Origin: Firmicutes bacterium UBA4996 | Lineage (GTDB): Bacteria; Bacillota; Limnochordia; Darwinibacteriales; Darwinibacteriaceae | Direction: 5' to 3' | Assembly (NCBI GenBank): GCA_002396805.1 | Contig: DGYW01000046.1 | Coordinates: forward strand, 5,811 to 53,487 | DNA: 47,677 nt | Shown here: piece by piece, positions 9,037 to 18,246 of the stretch | Layout of the letters: the number at the start of each line of letters is the position of its first letter | Numbering within the stretch: position 1 is the first letter of the stretch | The notes under the pieces: generated by a model | Told to the model about the DNA's origin: nothing | Databases searched by the model: none | Seen by the model: the letters and a program-made list of their open reading frames with translations, nothing else | Position numbers and translations under genes: made by a program

Positions 9037-10023
9037 ATGATAAATATTGTCAATAACTCCAACGATCCTCGCTTCAACTTGGCTTTAGAAGAATACGCCC
9101 TTAACGAGCTCTTTCCCGGTGCAGAACTAGCAATTATCTGGCAAAACAAGCCCACCGTCGTAATTGGACGAAACCAAAACACTATTGAAGAGATTAACAA
9201 AGCCTACATTAGGGAAAAAGGGATTAATGTTGTTAGGAGACTTTCGGGGGGAGGAGCAGTTTACCATGATTTGGGAAACCTCAACTTCACCTTTATCGTT
9301 CCCAGCCAAAAAAATGTCGTGAGCAACTTCGAGAAATTCACACAGCCTGTTTTAAGAGCTTTGCAAAGCTTGGGCGTTCCAGCCGAATTCTCGGGTCGCA
9401 ATGATCTAACCATAAATGGGAAAAAGTTTTCTGGTAATGCCCAGTACTGGTCCAAAGACCGTCTCCTTCACCACGGTACCTTACTCTTCAATTCTGACCT
9501 ATCAGTTGTGCAAGAAGCCCTTCAGGTTAGGGTGGACAAGTTGGTCTCTAAAGGCGTTAAATCGGTACGAAGCAGGGTTACCAATATTTATCCCTATCTA
9601 AAAACTCCCCTAGAGATTGGAGAGTTCAAGAGAATTCTCTTAGAACACATGCTTCAAGGCAACGAACATCAACACTATGAACTCACTACCACAGATCTCA
9701 GGCGTGTGGAGCAGCTGATGGAAACTCGCTATGCAAAGTGGTCCTGGAATTACGGACACTCACCAGCCTTTTCCCTAGAAAAGTCCCGGCGCTTCGCTGG
9801 TGGTCAATTAAACTTGAAACTAAACGTCAAGCAAGGTCTCATCACTGAGATAGGCATTTATGGTGACTTTTTCGGGCGACGAGATGTGCGTGAACTGGCC
9901 CAAAGTCTACAAGGACAACAATATGAAGAAGTAGCACTCCGCAACTTCCTCGAACAAATCCCCTTCGCTGAGTACTTTCTGGCCATCACTATGGACGAAT
10001 TTTTGCAGTGTTTATTGCACTAA
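9037..10023 (+). CDS. lplA: Lipoate-protein ligase A (LplA/LplJ family)
   Basis: FNLALEEY, VVIGRNQN, RRLSGGGAVYHDLGN, GRNDL, KFSGNAQ, HHGTLL, KGVKSVRSRV, WSWNYG, IYGDFFG. Confidence 0.95.
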   Translation: MINIVNNSNDPRFNLALEEYALNELFPGAELAIIWQNKPTVVIGRNQNTIEEINKAYIREKGINVVRRLSGGGAVYHDLGNLNFTFIVPSQKNVVSNFEKFTQPVLRALQSLGVPAEFSGRNDLTINGKKFSGNAQYWSKDRLLHHGTLLFNSDLSVVQEALQVRVDKLVSKGVKSVRSRVTNIYPYLKTPLEIGEFKRILLEHMLQGNEHQHYELTTTDLRRVEQLMETRYAKWSWNYGHSPAFSLEKSRRFAGGQLNLKLNVKQGLITEIGIYGDFFGRRDVRELAQSLQGQQYEEVALRNFLEQIPFAEYFLAITMDEFLQCLLH

Positions 10024-10046
10024 TTGATTCGGAAGGAGGAAAGGTT

Positions 10047-11033
10047 GTGACCAATACCCATCGAAAGGGACGCATTGTGGTCTTAGTGCTCCTTATTCTC
10101 CTCTTATTTCCCAAAGAATTAGCGGATCAAACATTCAGCTCTGGCCCCTTGCAGGATGATGGAGGTCGCCAGATCAGTCTGCCTCCTGAAATAAACAAAG
10201 TCTACGCCACTACAGAAGCAGGACTCTTCTTAATTTACGCCCTTAAACCCGATGCAGTACTTGGTTGGAACCGCGGTCTTAGTCCCCAACTGGAATTTGC
10301 TATCGAACCCCAGTATCATCACTTGCCCACTCTAGGAACGTGGGATCAAGAATACCAGACCGCTCAAGTGGACCTGATTTTGGATCTAAAACCAGATCTC
10401 ATTCTCCATTACGCACCGGTGGACGAAGCTAACAGACACATAGCAAATGAGATCGAAAAGACCATGGGCACGCCGGTGATGCTTGTAGATAATAGCATAC
10501 AAGCCCTCCCTCGTTCACTGCAACTTGTGGGCAGACTATTGGGAAAAGAACCCCGGGGGCAAGCCTTGGCCACATATGTTGAAAACAATCTAGAGAGAAT
10601 CAGCAACTTCCAAAGAATGCAAGCGGGCTATGGATTAATACCGGTGCATCTTGTTTCGTCCCACCGAGTTGGTTACTTTGATGAACTTTTATCCTTGGCG
10701 GGAATGGAAGAAATGACCGTTTGGGATGATCAACCACCCTTTCCAGACTTTGTGCTCATCATGCCCCATAGTGTTAAGGATCCTTATGGAGTAATCGAAA
10801 AGGATGGTCATAAACGCATCTACCAGATCCCTACGTTCCCAGCAAACTGGTTAGAACCGGGATCAATATTCGGCTTGTTGGGCCTGGAGTGGCTCCTTTC
10901 CATAGCTCATCCTACCACATATCCCGTGGACTTGGCCGAGACCTACCAAATGTTCATGGAAGTCTTCTTCCAAGTCAACATCACACCGGAGTTATTGGGT
11001 TGGACCCTGCAAAGAAGCGGAATTTCTTACTAA
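10047..11033 (+). CDS. Orphan iron-siderophore/cobalamin-type ABC substrate-binding protein
   Basis: DDGGRQISLP-INKVY, LPTLG, ILDLKPDLIL, LGLEWL...HP pattern of class III binding proteins. GTG 10047 follows AAGGAGG. Confidence 0.65.
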   Translation: MTNTHRKGRIVVLVLLILLLFPKELADQTFSSGPLQDDGGRQISLPPEINKVYATTEAGLFLIYALKPDAVLGWNRGLSPQLEFAIEPQYHHLPTLGTWDQEYQTAQVDLILDLKPDLILHYAPVDEANRHIANEIEKTMGTPVMLVDNSIQALPRSLQLVGRLLGKEPRGQALATYVENNLERISNFQRMQAGYGLIPVHLVSSHRVGYFDELLSLAGMEEMTVWDDQPPFPDFVLIMPHSVKDPYGVIEKDGHKRIYQIPTFPANWLEPGSIFGLLGLEWLLSIAHPTTYPVDLAETYQMFMEVFFQVNITPELLGWTLQRSGISY

Positions 11034-11051
11034 CTGTGCAAGAACATACCT

Positions 11052-11080
11052 TTGCCTTTAGTTAGGCCCGGATCCATAAT
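11052..11080 (+). promoter_or_regulatory. Sigma-A-type promoter of the LysM gene
   Basis: TTGCCT-N17-CATAAT. Confidence 0.45.
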
Positions 11081-11098
11081 GGGGCTGGAGGTGAAAGT

Positions 11099-11632
11099 AT
11101 GAAAAGAGTAATCGTTGCTGTTCTGTGTGTCGTATTGCTCGGCACCGGCCTTGTAGTAGCCGCCCAACCGCCCCAAGAATACACTATTGTAGCTGGGGAT
11201 ACCTTACGGAAAGTCGCTGCTCATTATGGCACTACTGTTCTTGAACTCTTGGATCTTAATCCAGGGATCACCCCTGATAATCTCCAAATTGGGCAGAAGA
11301 TCGCGCTACCGCTCCAACCTTTATGGAGTTATCACGTGGTGCAAGCAGGTGATAGTGTTAAGTTGTTAGCAGAAATGTACAAAGTCCCACTACAAGCTCT
11401 CCGCGAAGCCAATGAACTCAAGAAAGACCAGCTTACAGTCGGCGAGATGATTCGTATTCCCATGCATCTTTACCTAGGTGAGGCACAACCCGTAACTCAC
11501 CGCGTAGAGATCGGCGAAACCCTGTATGAAATCGCCCAAGCTTATAAGGTCACTCTGACTCAATTAGCTCAGTGGAACAATTTGCAGGATCTAAACAGCA
11601 TTATGGCAGGACAAACACTCATTGTAGGGTAA
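11099..11632 (+). CDS. Secreted protein with three LysM domains
   Basis: Signal peptide. Repeats YTIVAGDTLRKVA..LQIGQKI, HVVQAGDSVKLLA..LTVGEMI and HRVEIGETLYEIA..IMAGQTL. Confidence 0.92.
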   Translation: MKRVIVAVLCVVLLGTGLVVAAQPPQEYTIVAGDTLRKVAAHYGTTVLELLDLNPGITPDNLQIGQKIALPLQPLWSYHVVQAGDSVKLLAEMYKVPLQALREANELKKDQLTVGEMIRIPMHLYLGEAQPVTHRVEIGETLYEIAQAYKVTLTQLAQWNNLQDLNSIMAGQTLIVG

Positions 11633-11637
11633 GTTAA

Positions 11638-11660
11638 GGAAAGGGGAGTTCCCCTTTTCT
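11638..11660 (+). terminator. Hairpin after the LysM gene
   Basis: GGAAAGGGG-AGTT-CCCCTTTTCT. Confidence 0.55.
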
Positions 11661-11726
11661 ACATATAAGGTCACATCCAGAACAAGGACTGCGAAAGGTT
11701 TAAGGAATTGACGGGAGGTCGATAAA

Positions 11727-12497
11727 ATGAGAATTCCACGGCAAACGCTCTGTGGTTTACTACTTGTAATTATTATGGTAATTAGTGCGACTACAACGCA
11801 TGCCAAACCAGCGGAGTTTCGGCGAACGTTCTTGCTAGAAGCTGGTGCCCGTTATGAAGTTAGTGTACGTATTAAAACGGATTTGCAGGAGGCACCAACA
11901 TTAGCATCAGTCTACATTCATAACGAACATGGTGAATACTTACGTTCCACTCAGTTGAGTAGGAGTTTAGCAGGACCTCAACAATGGCAACAGATCTCTA
12001 CCATCGTTACTGCCCCTCCAGGAGCACAGCGAGCTACCGTTGTTTTTACTGCTGCTGAAGGCGTAGAAATGGAATGGGATGAATTTAATATCCGGCGCGT
12101 CGAACTTGATCTGGACAATGAAGAGCTGATTCGCCAAGGACTAGTGTATACGGGATTAATCGTAGACGCTCGCGGCTTGGAACTAAAACGAGGAATGAGC
12201 CCGCGCATCTATTCTCAGTCTGGCCAGTTGATCTATGCAGGGGTGACCGTGGCTTACGACTTTCTTCAAACGGCTGGTATTGCCTCATACGGCCGTGAGC
12301 TTAGCCCAGAACTACTCCGCCGTATTCAACCTAATGGCACCGTAAAAGTATCACCACTAATAGTGAAAGGGTTGGAGATTACAGGTACAACCGAGACCAG
12401 TGTGATAATAAGTGATGTTGATGCCCAAGCCATTCTCCAAGCCTTAGATGTGTATGATTTTCTCGCCCAATATTCTGTAGTGTTTTTGATTGACTAA
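11727..12497 (+). CDS. Secreted hypothetical protein (CBM-like beta-sandwich plus a YTGLIVDARG-type C-terminal domain)
   Basis: Signal peptide ending THA. YEVSVRIKT...WQQISTIVTAPPGAQRA...WDEF resembles a CBM4/9-like fold. YTGLIVDARGL..MSPRIY..GQLIY resembles the C-terminal domain of LPP20-annotated envelope proteins (from recollection). Confidence 0.6.
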   Translation: MRIPRQTLCGLLLVIIMVISATTTHAKPAEFRRTFLLEAGARYEVSVRIKTDLQEAPTLASVYIHNEHGEYLRSTQLSRSLAGPQQWQQISTIVTAPPGAQRATVVFTAAEGVEMEWDEFNIRRVELDLDNEELIRQGLVYTGLIVDARGLELKRGMSPRIYSQSGQLIYAGVTVAYDFLQTAGIASYGRELSPELLRRIQPNGTVKVSPLIVKGLEITGTTETSVIISDVDAQAILQALDVYDFLAQYSVVFLID

Positions 12498-12509
12498 AGA
12501 ACCAAGTCT

Positions 12510-12540
12510 AAACCCTATTCCCAACGGAATGGGGTTTTTT
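12510..12540 (+). terminator. Rho-independent terminator
   Basis: AAACCCTATTCC-CAAC-GGAATGGGGTTT followed by TTT. Confidence 0.85.
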
Positions 12541-12550
12541 AATACTAGTC

Positions 12551-12579
12551 TTGACTCTTCAGTTAGTGGGGCTTATACT
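12551..12579 (+). promoter_or_regulatory. Sigma-A promoter of the cadCA operon
   Basis: TTGACT-N17-TATACT. Confidence 0.8.
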
Positions 12580-12583
12580 CTAT

Positions 12584-12613
12584 ATATGAACATATGAACA
12601 CATATTCATGTAT
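12584..12613. promoter_or_regulatory. SmtB/CadC-type operator
   Basis: ATATGAAC-ATATGAACACATATTCATGTAT: an imperfect palindrome TGAACA..TATTCA with an extra upstream half-site, just after the -10 box. Confidence 0.75.
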
Positions 12614-12635
12614 AATGAAAAAAGGAGGTGGAGAA

Positions 12636-13004
12636 ATGAGCACAAAACATGGTCCCTGTTGTGATATTACAGTTATTCACGAGGACGTTGTGGAAAGGGT
12701 GCGACGGAGTATGCCCATTGAAGAAGATCTTTTCACCTTAGCGGAGTTCTTCAAGGTCTTTGGAGATACAACGAGGATTAGAATTCTCTATGCCCTCTTT
12801 CAAACTGAGATGTGCGTCTGTGACATTGCCCATCTACTGAACATGAGCCAGTCGGCCATTTCCCATCAATTGCGAGTCCTGAAACAGGCCAAATTGGTAA
12901 AATTCCGTAAAGAAGGCCGGGTCGTTTATTATTCTTTAGATGACGACCACATCAAAGCTATTTTCGATCAGGGTTATCAACACATCCAAGAACGGGATAA
13001 TTGA
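12636..13004 (+). CDS. cadC: ArsR/SmtB-family metal-sensing repressor (CadC/ZiaR-like)
   Basis: FKVFGDTTRIRIL, EMCVCDIA, SQSAISHQLRVLK, YYSLDDDH..H..E and an N-terminal CC pair. Start ATG 12636 after AAGGAGG. Confidence 0.88.
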   Translation: MSTKHGPCCDITVIHEDVVERVRRSMPIEEDLFTLAEFFKVFGDTTRIRILYALFQTEMCVCDIAHLLNMSQSAISHQLRVLKQAKLVKFRKEGRVVYYSLDDDHIKAIFDQGYQHIQERDN

Positions 13005-13015
13005 GGTGATATAAA

Positions 13016-15109
13016 ATGCGTGTAATCTACCATTTAGCTGGATTGGATTGCGCCAATTGTGCAGCTAAAATAGAAACAGCCGCCAATCAACTAAAAGACG
13101 TGGAAAATGCCAGGGTAGACTTTTCTTCCAGCCGCATTTTTCTAGAGATCAATGGGGCTGATCAGAGGCTTGTGAAAGCCGCGCTCCAAGAAGTTGTGAC
13201 AAGCTTAGAACCAGGAGTCGTGGTCTCCGACCACAAGCCCACGAAAGAAAAACCCGTTCTGCTCACCATGAGAAACCTAGCCTTTGCCGGGGGAATCCTC
13301 AGCTTTATCATCGCGCTCTTTGTACCCCAAGGCCTAGGCCGTAATGGACTTTTCATCCTCGCTTATTTCTTGGCCGGTTATGAAGTGATTGGGCAAGCGT
13401 TTCGTAATATTAAACAGGGCCAGGTTTTTGACGAAAACTTCTTGATGACCATAGCCACTCTGGGAGCGTTAATCATCAGAGAGTTCCCTGAGGCAGCCTC
13501 AGTAATGATTTTTTATCGTACTGGTGAATTCCTCCAAGGACTGGCTGTTGACCATTCCCGCCGCTCCATTTCTGCCCTCATTGCCATTAGACCAGAAATA
13601 GCCCACCTTAAACAAGGTGAAAAAATAGTTGACGTTACTGTAGAAAACGTAAACATCGGCGATGTGCTAGTAGTACATCCCGGCGAGCGCATCCCAGTGG
13701 ACGGAACCATTCTGGAGGGTTTCTCGTCCTTAGATACTTCGGCCCTCACTGGAGAGAGTATTCCCCAAACAGTGCAAGCAGGGCAAGAAGTCTTAGCAGG
13801 GTGTATTAATCTCAATGGTTTATTAACTATCCAGGCCCAGAAGCTAGCCGCGGACTCGGCAGTTTCACGCATCTTAGATTTGGTAGAAAACGCCACCGCG
13901 CATAAGGCACCAACTGAGGACTTCATTACATCCTTTGCCCAATATTATACTCCAGCTGTGGTGGGTATTGCTCTCTTGATTGCCGTCATTCCTCCCCTCT
14001 TTTTTGGCGGAGTATTTAACGACTGGTTTTACCGAGCTCTAGTCTTCTTAGTGATTTCTTGTCCCTGTGCCTTAGTAGTTTCCATTCCTTTAGGTTTTTT
14101 TGGTGGCATTGGAAGCGCCTCTCGGCATGGTGTGTTGGTGAAAGGTAGCAACTATCTGCAAGCTCTTCACGAAGCGGATACCGTAATTTTTGACAAAACG
14201 GGCACACTAACATCAGGTCGGTTTACAGTGCAAAAAGTGGAAGCAGTGGCGCCTTATTTACCAGATGCGGTGTTGCGAGCTGCTGCTTATGCCGAGAGCT
14301 TTTCGTCCCATCCCATTGCGCGCTCTATTGTGCAAGCCTATGGCCATACCGTTGAACAAACGGAAGTTCAGGAAGTTGAAGAATTGGCCGGTTTTGGGGT
14401 CAAGGTCAGCTGGCAAAACCAGACAATACTAGTCGGCAGTAAACTGTTGTTAGAACGGAATGGCATTAAGGTGGAGCATGCTGTTCAGGCAGGTGTCTAT
14501 GTAGCTATTGATGGTGTTTATGCAGGTGCGATCGTCTTAAGTGATCGCCCCAAGAAGGGAGCAGCCAAGGCAGTCAAGGCTCTGCAAGAAATGGGTAAGG
14601 AAGTAATTATGCTCACTGGCGATAACGCAGCGGTGGCCGAGCAAGTGGGTCAAGAGCTAGGAATTACTCAAATCCGTTCTGAACTCTTGCCTCACCAGAA
14701 AGTTGATGAGCTACAAAAGGTCATTGAAGCACTCGATGCTAAGGGAAAAGTGGTCTTTGTAGGCGATGGAATCAATGATGCGCCAGCTCTAGCCCGGGCC
14801 CATGTGGGTGTAGCTATGGGTGCCTTAGGTTCCGAAGCTGCCATCGAAACGGCCGATGTGGTGTTAATGACGGATGATCCCCACGGGGTAGTCGAGGCCA
14901 TGTCTATTGCCCGCCGAACAAACCGAATTGTTTGGCAAAACATTGCCCTCGCCTTCGGAGTCAAGCTCATAGTTCTTGCCTTAGGTGCCTTAGGGCTAGC
15001 AACATTATGGGAAGCAGTCTTCGCCGATGTGGGTGTTACCATCTTAGCAGTCCTAAATTCACTAAGAATCATTACCCCACAAAGAACAGCATCTAAACGA
15101 ATTCTATAA
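13016..15109 (+). CDS. cadA: Zn/Cd/Pb-translocating P1B-2 ATPase
   Basis: HMA motif GLDCANC, FDENFLM, TGES, CPC, DKTGT, HP, GDGINDAP, Lys in GVKL and FADVG. Confidence 0.93.
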   Translation: MRVIYHLAGLDCANCAAKIETAANQLKDVENARVDFSSSRIFLEINGADQRLVKAALQEVVTSLEPGVVVSDHKPTKEKPVLLTMRNLAFAGGILSFIIALFVPQGLGRNGLFILAYFLAGYEVIGQAFRNIKQGQVFDENFLMTIATLGALIIREFPEAASVMIFYRTGEFLQGLAVDHSRRSISALIAIRPEIAHLKQGEKIVDVTVENVNIGDVLVVHPGERIPVDGTILEGFSSLDTSALTGESIPQTVQAGQEVLAGCINLNGLLTIQAQKLAADSAVSRILDLVENATAHKAPTEDFITSFAQYYTPAVVGIALLIAVIPPLFFGGVFNDWFYRALVFLVISCPCALVVSIPLGFFGGIGSASRHGVLVKGSNYLQALHEADTVIFDKTGTLTSGRFTVQKVEAVAPYLPDAVLRAAAYAESFSSHPIARSIVQAYGHTVEQTEVQEVEELAGFGVKVSWQNQTILVGSKLLLERNGIKVEHAVQAGVYVAIDGVYAGAIVLSDRPKKGAAKAVKALQEMGKEVIMLTGDNAAVAEQVGQELGITQIRSELLPHQKVDELQKVIEALDAKGKVVFVGDGINDAPALARAHVGVAMGALGSEAAIETADVVLMTDDPHGVVEAMSIARRTNRIVWQNIALAFGVKLIVLALGALGLATLWEAVFADVGVTILAVLNSLRIITPQRTASKRIL

Positions 15110-15134
15110 CATTACCCGAAAAGGAAGTGGTGAG

Positions 15135-15845
15135 ATGCGCAGAAGTTTGTTAGTGTCCCTGTTAGCCTTGGTTTTACTGATCAGTTTTATGGGCGTTGCC
15201 AGTGCTTCTACTGAAAGCTTCAACATTAAGGTGCAAGGTACTGGTGATGTACGAGTCTCGCCCACTAAGGTGCAAATGTGGATTGGTGCCCAAACCGATG
15301 GCAACACAGCGGAACGAGCCCTTGCCCAAAGCAATGAAATCACCCAAGGGCTGATCAGGGTTTTTTCCCAATTTGCCCCACCTGAAGTAATCAAGACCTC
15401 GGAGTTCAACATGTACCAAAAGGAACGATGGGATGATGTGGAGCGTAAGTCAGTGCCCGATGGCTTTACTGTACGCCAGGTCTTCGAAGTACAGATCGCA
15501 GACCTCACCAAGGTTGCCACGTTTTTGGATCAAGCCACAGCCGCAGGTGCCAACATTATTTACGGATTACAGTATGGCGTACAGGATTATCGCACACCCA
15601 AAGAAGAAGCCTTTAAACGGGCCATGGAAGATGCTTGGTGGAAGGCAGGCCTTCTTGCCACAGCTAACGGTTCTAGCGATTTGGTCCTAGAAAGTGTAGA
15701 AGAAACCTATTTTTATGGTCCAGAATACGCTTCGGAAGGAATTAGTTTGGTCACAGAAAAGGCCGATGTCTTCATGCCTGGTCAACTCAAGGTCTCGGTG
15801 AGCGTCAACGCCACCTTTCGGGCGGATTTGACAAAGCCAGAATAG
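15135..15845 (+). CDS. SIMPL (DUF541/YggE-like) domain secreted protein
   Basis: Signal peptide, IKVQGTGDVRVSP, LDQATAAGAN, AMEDAWWKAGLLA, PGQLKVSVSVNATF. Confidence 0.85.
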   Translation: MRRSLLVSLLALVLLISFMGVASASTESFNIKVQGTGDVRVSPTKVQMWIGAQTDGNTAERALAQSNEITQGLIRVFSQFAPPEVIKTSEFNMYQKERWDDVERKSVPDGFTVRQVFEVQIADLTKVATFLDQATAAGANIIYGLQYGVQDYRTPKEEAFKRAMEDAWWKAGLLATANGSSDLVLESVEETYFYGPEYASEGISLVTEKADVFMPGQLKVSVSVNATFRADLTKPE

Positions 15846-15856
15846 TCTTGTATAAT
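15828..15856 (+). promoter_or_regulatory. Consensus sigma-A promoter driving the L-box leader
   Basis: Perfect TTGACA-N17-TATAAT. The -35 box lies inside the SIMPL gene. Confidence 0.9.
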
Positions 15857-15892
15857 CAGCTCATCAACTGAATAGAATGCCTCATCGACATA

Positions 15893-16074
15893 GGTGAGGT
15901 AGAGGCGCAGTAATTATTAGTACTCTAGAAGAAGCTGGGGAAGCTGATGAACTACGAGGAAAGGAATTACTGCCGAAGTCTAACTAATCCCCATTAATTA
16001 GGCTGGGTGTGCATTGAATAGGTGCACAACTGTCACTGTAGCAATCCCGAACTACAGTGGAGGACTATCACACC
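15893..16074 (+). ncRNA. Lysine riboswitch (L-box)
   Basis: GAGGTAGAGGCGC...GAAAGG...GCCGAAG...CTGGG...GAATA...ACTGTCAC...GTGGAG..CTATC. P1 is GGTGAGGTAG/CTATCACACC. The CTGGGGA/TCCCCA complement could give the loop-loop pairing. Confidence 0.93.
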
Positions 16075-16117
16075 GAAGGGAGTGAATTGATGAGGCTGTT
16101 GTCAGATTTGACCTTAC

Positions 16118-16149
16118 AAACAGCCTAGAAATTAGGCTGTTTTTGTTTT
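16118..16149 (+). terminator. Riboswitch expression-platform terminator
   Basis: AAACAGCCTA-GAAAT-TAGGCTGTTT followed by TTGTTTT. Confidence 0.88.
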
Positions 16150-16178
16150 GCGAAAATAAAAAGGGAGCTGATTACCCC

Positions 16179-17744
16179 ATGGATTATCAATTTCTGAGCT
16201 TACTTCCCCCTCTACTATCCATCACTTTAGCCCTAGTTACAAAAAAGGTTATCCCCTCCTTAGTGGCAGGGGCATTGTCTGGAGCATTAATCTTGATGGG
16301 CGGTAATCCCATTACTGCTGTTGGCCACACCCTTTCAACCATCTGGTCTAGTGTCTCCGATAGTTGGAACCTCTCGATTTTAATTTTCTTGGTATTCTTA
16401 GGCATCTTGGTCCACCTAGTTACCATGGCCGGTGGTTCCGCCGAATACGGTGCCTGGGCCGAAAAAAGGATCAAATCACGTCAAGGTGCTCAATTTGCTA
16501 CCTTAATTCTGGGCGTCCTAATCTTCATCGATGACTATTTTAATGCCCTTACGGTGGGTACTGTCATGCGCCCAGTGACGGATAAGTTTAAAGTCTCTCG
16601 GGCCAAACTAGCCTACATCATTGACTCCACAGCTGCCCCAGTTTGCATTATCGCCCCTATCTCTAGCTGGGTAGTGACGGTAATGTCTACCATGGGTGAT
16701 AAATTCAGGGCAGAAGGAATTGGTCTAGATCCCTTCATGTCCTTCTTGAAGCTAATTCCCATGAATTTGTATGCGCTCCTCACCTTGGCTATGGTGGCTG
16801 TGCTTTGCTTCATTGACTTAGAGTTCGGTCCCATGGCTGAGCACGAAGAGCTAGCCATTACCGCTGGTAACGTCCACGGGCCGAAAGGCGAAAGTGCGGT
16901 TCAAGTAGAAGAAAACATTACTAACCCTAAAGGAACCATCTGGGATTTAGTTGTTCCCATTGGTGGACTAGTGATCTTTACTGTAATTGCCATGGCCTAC
17001 ACGGGCGGATATTTTGGCGGAAACATCTCTTTCCTCGGCGCCATCCAAGAGACAGATGCGGCCACTGCTTTGAAAATTGGAGGCTTCTGGGCCATCATCT
17101 TAAGCCTTGTGCTCTTTTTGCCTAGACAAGTATTAAGCCTTAAGCAATTACCAGAAGCGGCTATAAAGGGTGCCAAGAGCATGTTACCGGCCATTACCAT
17201 TCTAATCTTCGCGTGGACCATCGGTTCTATCATTGGTGAACTAAACACCGGTGTCTATTTAGCCAATAGCTTAGGCAAGACTTTGCCACCCTTTTTGTAT
17301 CCGGCTCTTGTCTTTGCTCTCGCTGGTGTAATTGCCTTTGCCACAGGTACCTCTTGGGGAACTTTTGCCATTATGGTTCCGATCGCGATTGATTTCGCCT
17401 TGATTTTCGACCCAGAAATCACCTTGATCATGATCGCGGCAGTCCTGGCAGGAGCAGTATTCGGCGACCACTGTTCGCCTATATCCGACACTACCATTCT
17501 CTCTTCTACTGGCGCCCAGTGTGACCACATCGAACACGTAAGTACCCAGCTACCATACGCTGTCTTTACAGCAGCTATTAGCTTCATTGGTTATATTGTG
17601 GCCGGTATCCTAATTACTTCTGTCGGATTAAGTAGCGCCGTAAGCGCAATAATTTCCTTAGGGGTCTCTGCCCTCTTGATGATCATCGGGCTCAGAATTG
17701 CCCATATTCTCACTCTACGGGCTAAAAGCACAGTTGTAGCTTAA
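16179..17744 (+). CDS. NhaC-family transporter, probable lysine transporter (LysW-like)
   Basis: IFIDDYFN, SRAKLAYIIDSTAAP, PISSW, FATGTSWGTF, GAVFGDHCSPISDTTILSS, HVSTQLPYA. Lies under an L-box. ATG 16179 follows AAGGGAG. Confidence 0.88.
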   Translation: MDYQFLSLLPPLLSITLALVTKKVIPSLVAGALSGALILMGGNPITAVGHTLSTIWSSVSDSWNLSILIFLVFLGILVHLVTMAGGSAEYGAWAEKRIKSRQGAQFATLILGVLIFIDDYFNALTVGTVMRPVTDKFKVSRAKLAYIIDSTAAPVCIIAPISSWVVTVMSTMGDKFRAEGIGLDPFMSFLKLIPMNLYALLTLAMVAVLCFIDLEFGPMAEHEELAITAGNVHGPKGESAVQVEENITNPKGTIWDLVVPIGGLVIFTVIAMAYTGGYFGGNISFLGAIQETDAATALKIGGFWAIILSLVLFLPRQVLSLKQLPEAAIKGAKSMLPAITILIFAWTIGSIIGELNTGVYLANSLGKTLPPFLYPALVFALAGVIAFATGTSWGTFAIMVPIAIDFALIFDPEITLIMIAAVLAGAVFGDHCSPISDTTILSSTGAQCDHIEHVSTQLPYAVFTAAISFIGYIVAGILITSVGLSSAVSAIISLGVSALLMIIGLRIAHILTLRAKSTVVA

Positions 17745-17762
17745 GGAAAGGAAGTATCATCC

Positions 17763-18227
17763 ATGTCAGCTGTTCGCATTGGAGTTATCTCCGATACCCA
17801 CGGCTTACTTCGTACTGAAGCCACAGCAATCTTACGGAACTGTCAGACTATTATCCACGCTGGAGACATTGATCAGCCTCAAGTATTGCAAGCATTAGAG
17901 CAAATTGCCCCTACTACAGCAGTAAGAGGTAATATGGATGTGGGTAGCTGGGCAAATAAGCTAAAAATCACGGAACGTCTCCAAATTGGGAACTGGTCAC
18001 TTGTGGTGGTACACAACATCAATGACTTCAACCCAACAAAAGACCGAGCGGATGTTGTTATCTTTGGGCACTCCCATCGTTTCTTAAATGAAGAAAGAAA
18101 TGGAGTTTTGTTCCTCAATCCGGGAAGTGCTGGACCGCGTCGCTTTAGCCTCCCCATTACCATGGCGGTTTTGACCCTCGGTGAACAAGTGACGGTGGAA
18201 AAAGTAACTCTAAAAAGTAAAGCCTGA
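17763..18227 (+). CDS. YfcE/MJ0936-family metallophosphoesterase
   Basis: ISDTHG, HAGD, VRGNMD, FGHSH, LNPGSAG. Confidence 0.92.
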   Translation: MSAVRIGVISDTHGLLRTEATAILRNCQTIIHAGDIDQPQVLQALEQIAPTTAVRGNMDVGSWANKLKITERLQIGNWSLVVVHNINDFNPTKDRADVVIFGHSHRFLNEERNGVLFLNPGSAGPRRFSLPITMAVLTLGEQVTVEKVTLKSKA

Positions 18228-18246
18228 CCTCGAAGGTCAGGCTTTA
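18218..18246. terminator. Bidirectional terminator hairpin between convergent genes
   Basis: Perfect 13-bp inverted repeat TAAAGCCTGACCT-CGA-AGGTCAGGCTTTA. Confidence 0.8.

Noticed and set aside
8855-9200. 60-aa minus-strand ORFs across the mscS/lplA divergent region
   Set aside because: They overlap both promoters and both real genes.
11682-11709. AAGGA...GAAT upstream of the 11727 gene as a sigma-H-like promoter
   Set aside because: The spacer is 16 nt, shorter than the 17-18 nt at the other sites.
12551-15109. cadCA as a mobile resistance cassette
   Set aside because: No flanking transposase, terminal repeats or target-site duplication are visible.
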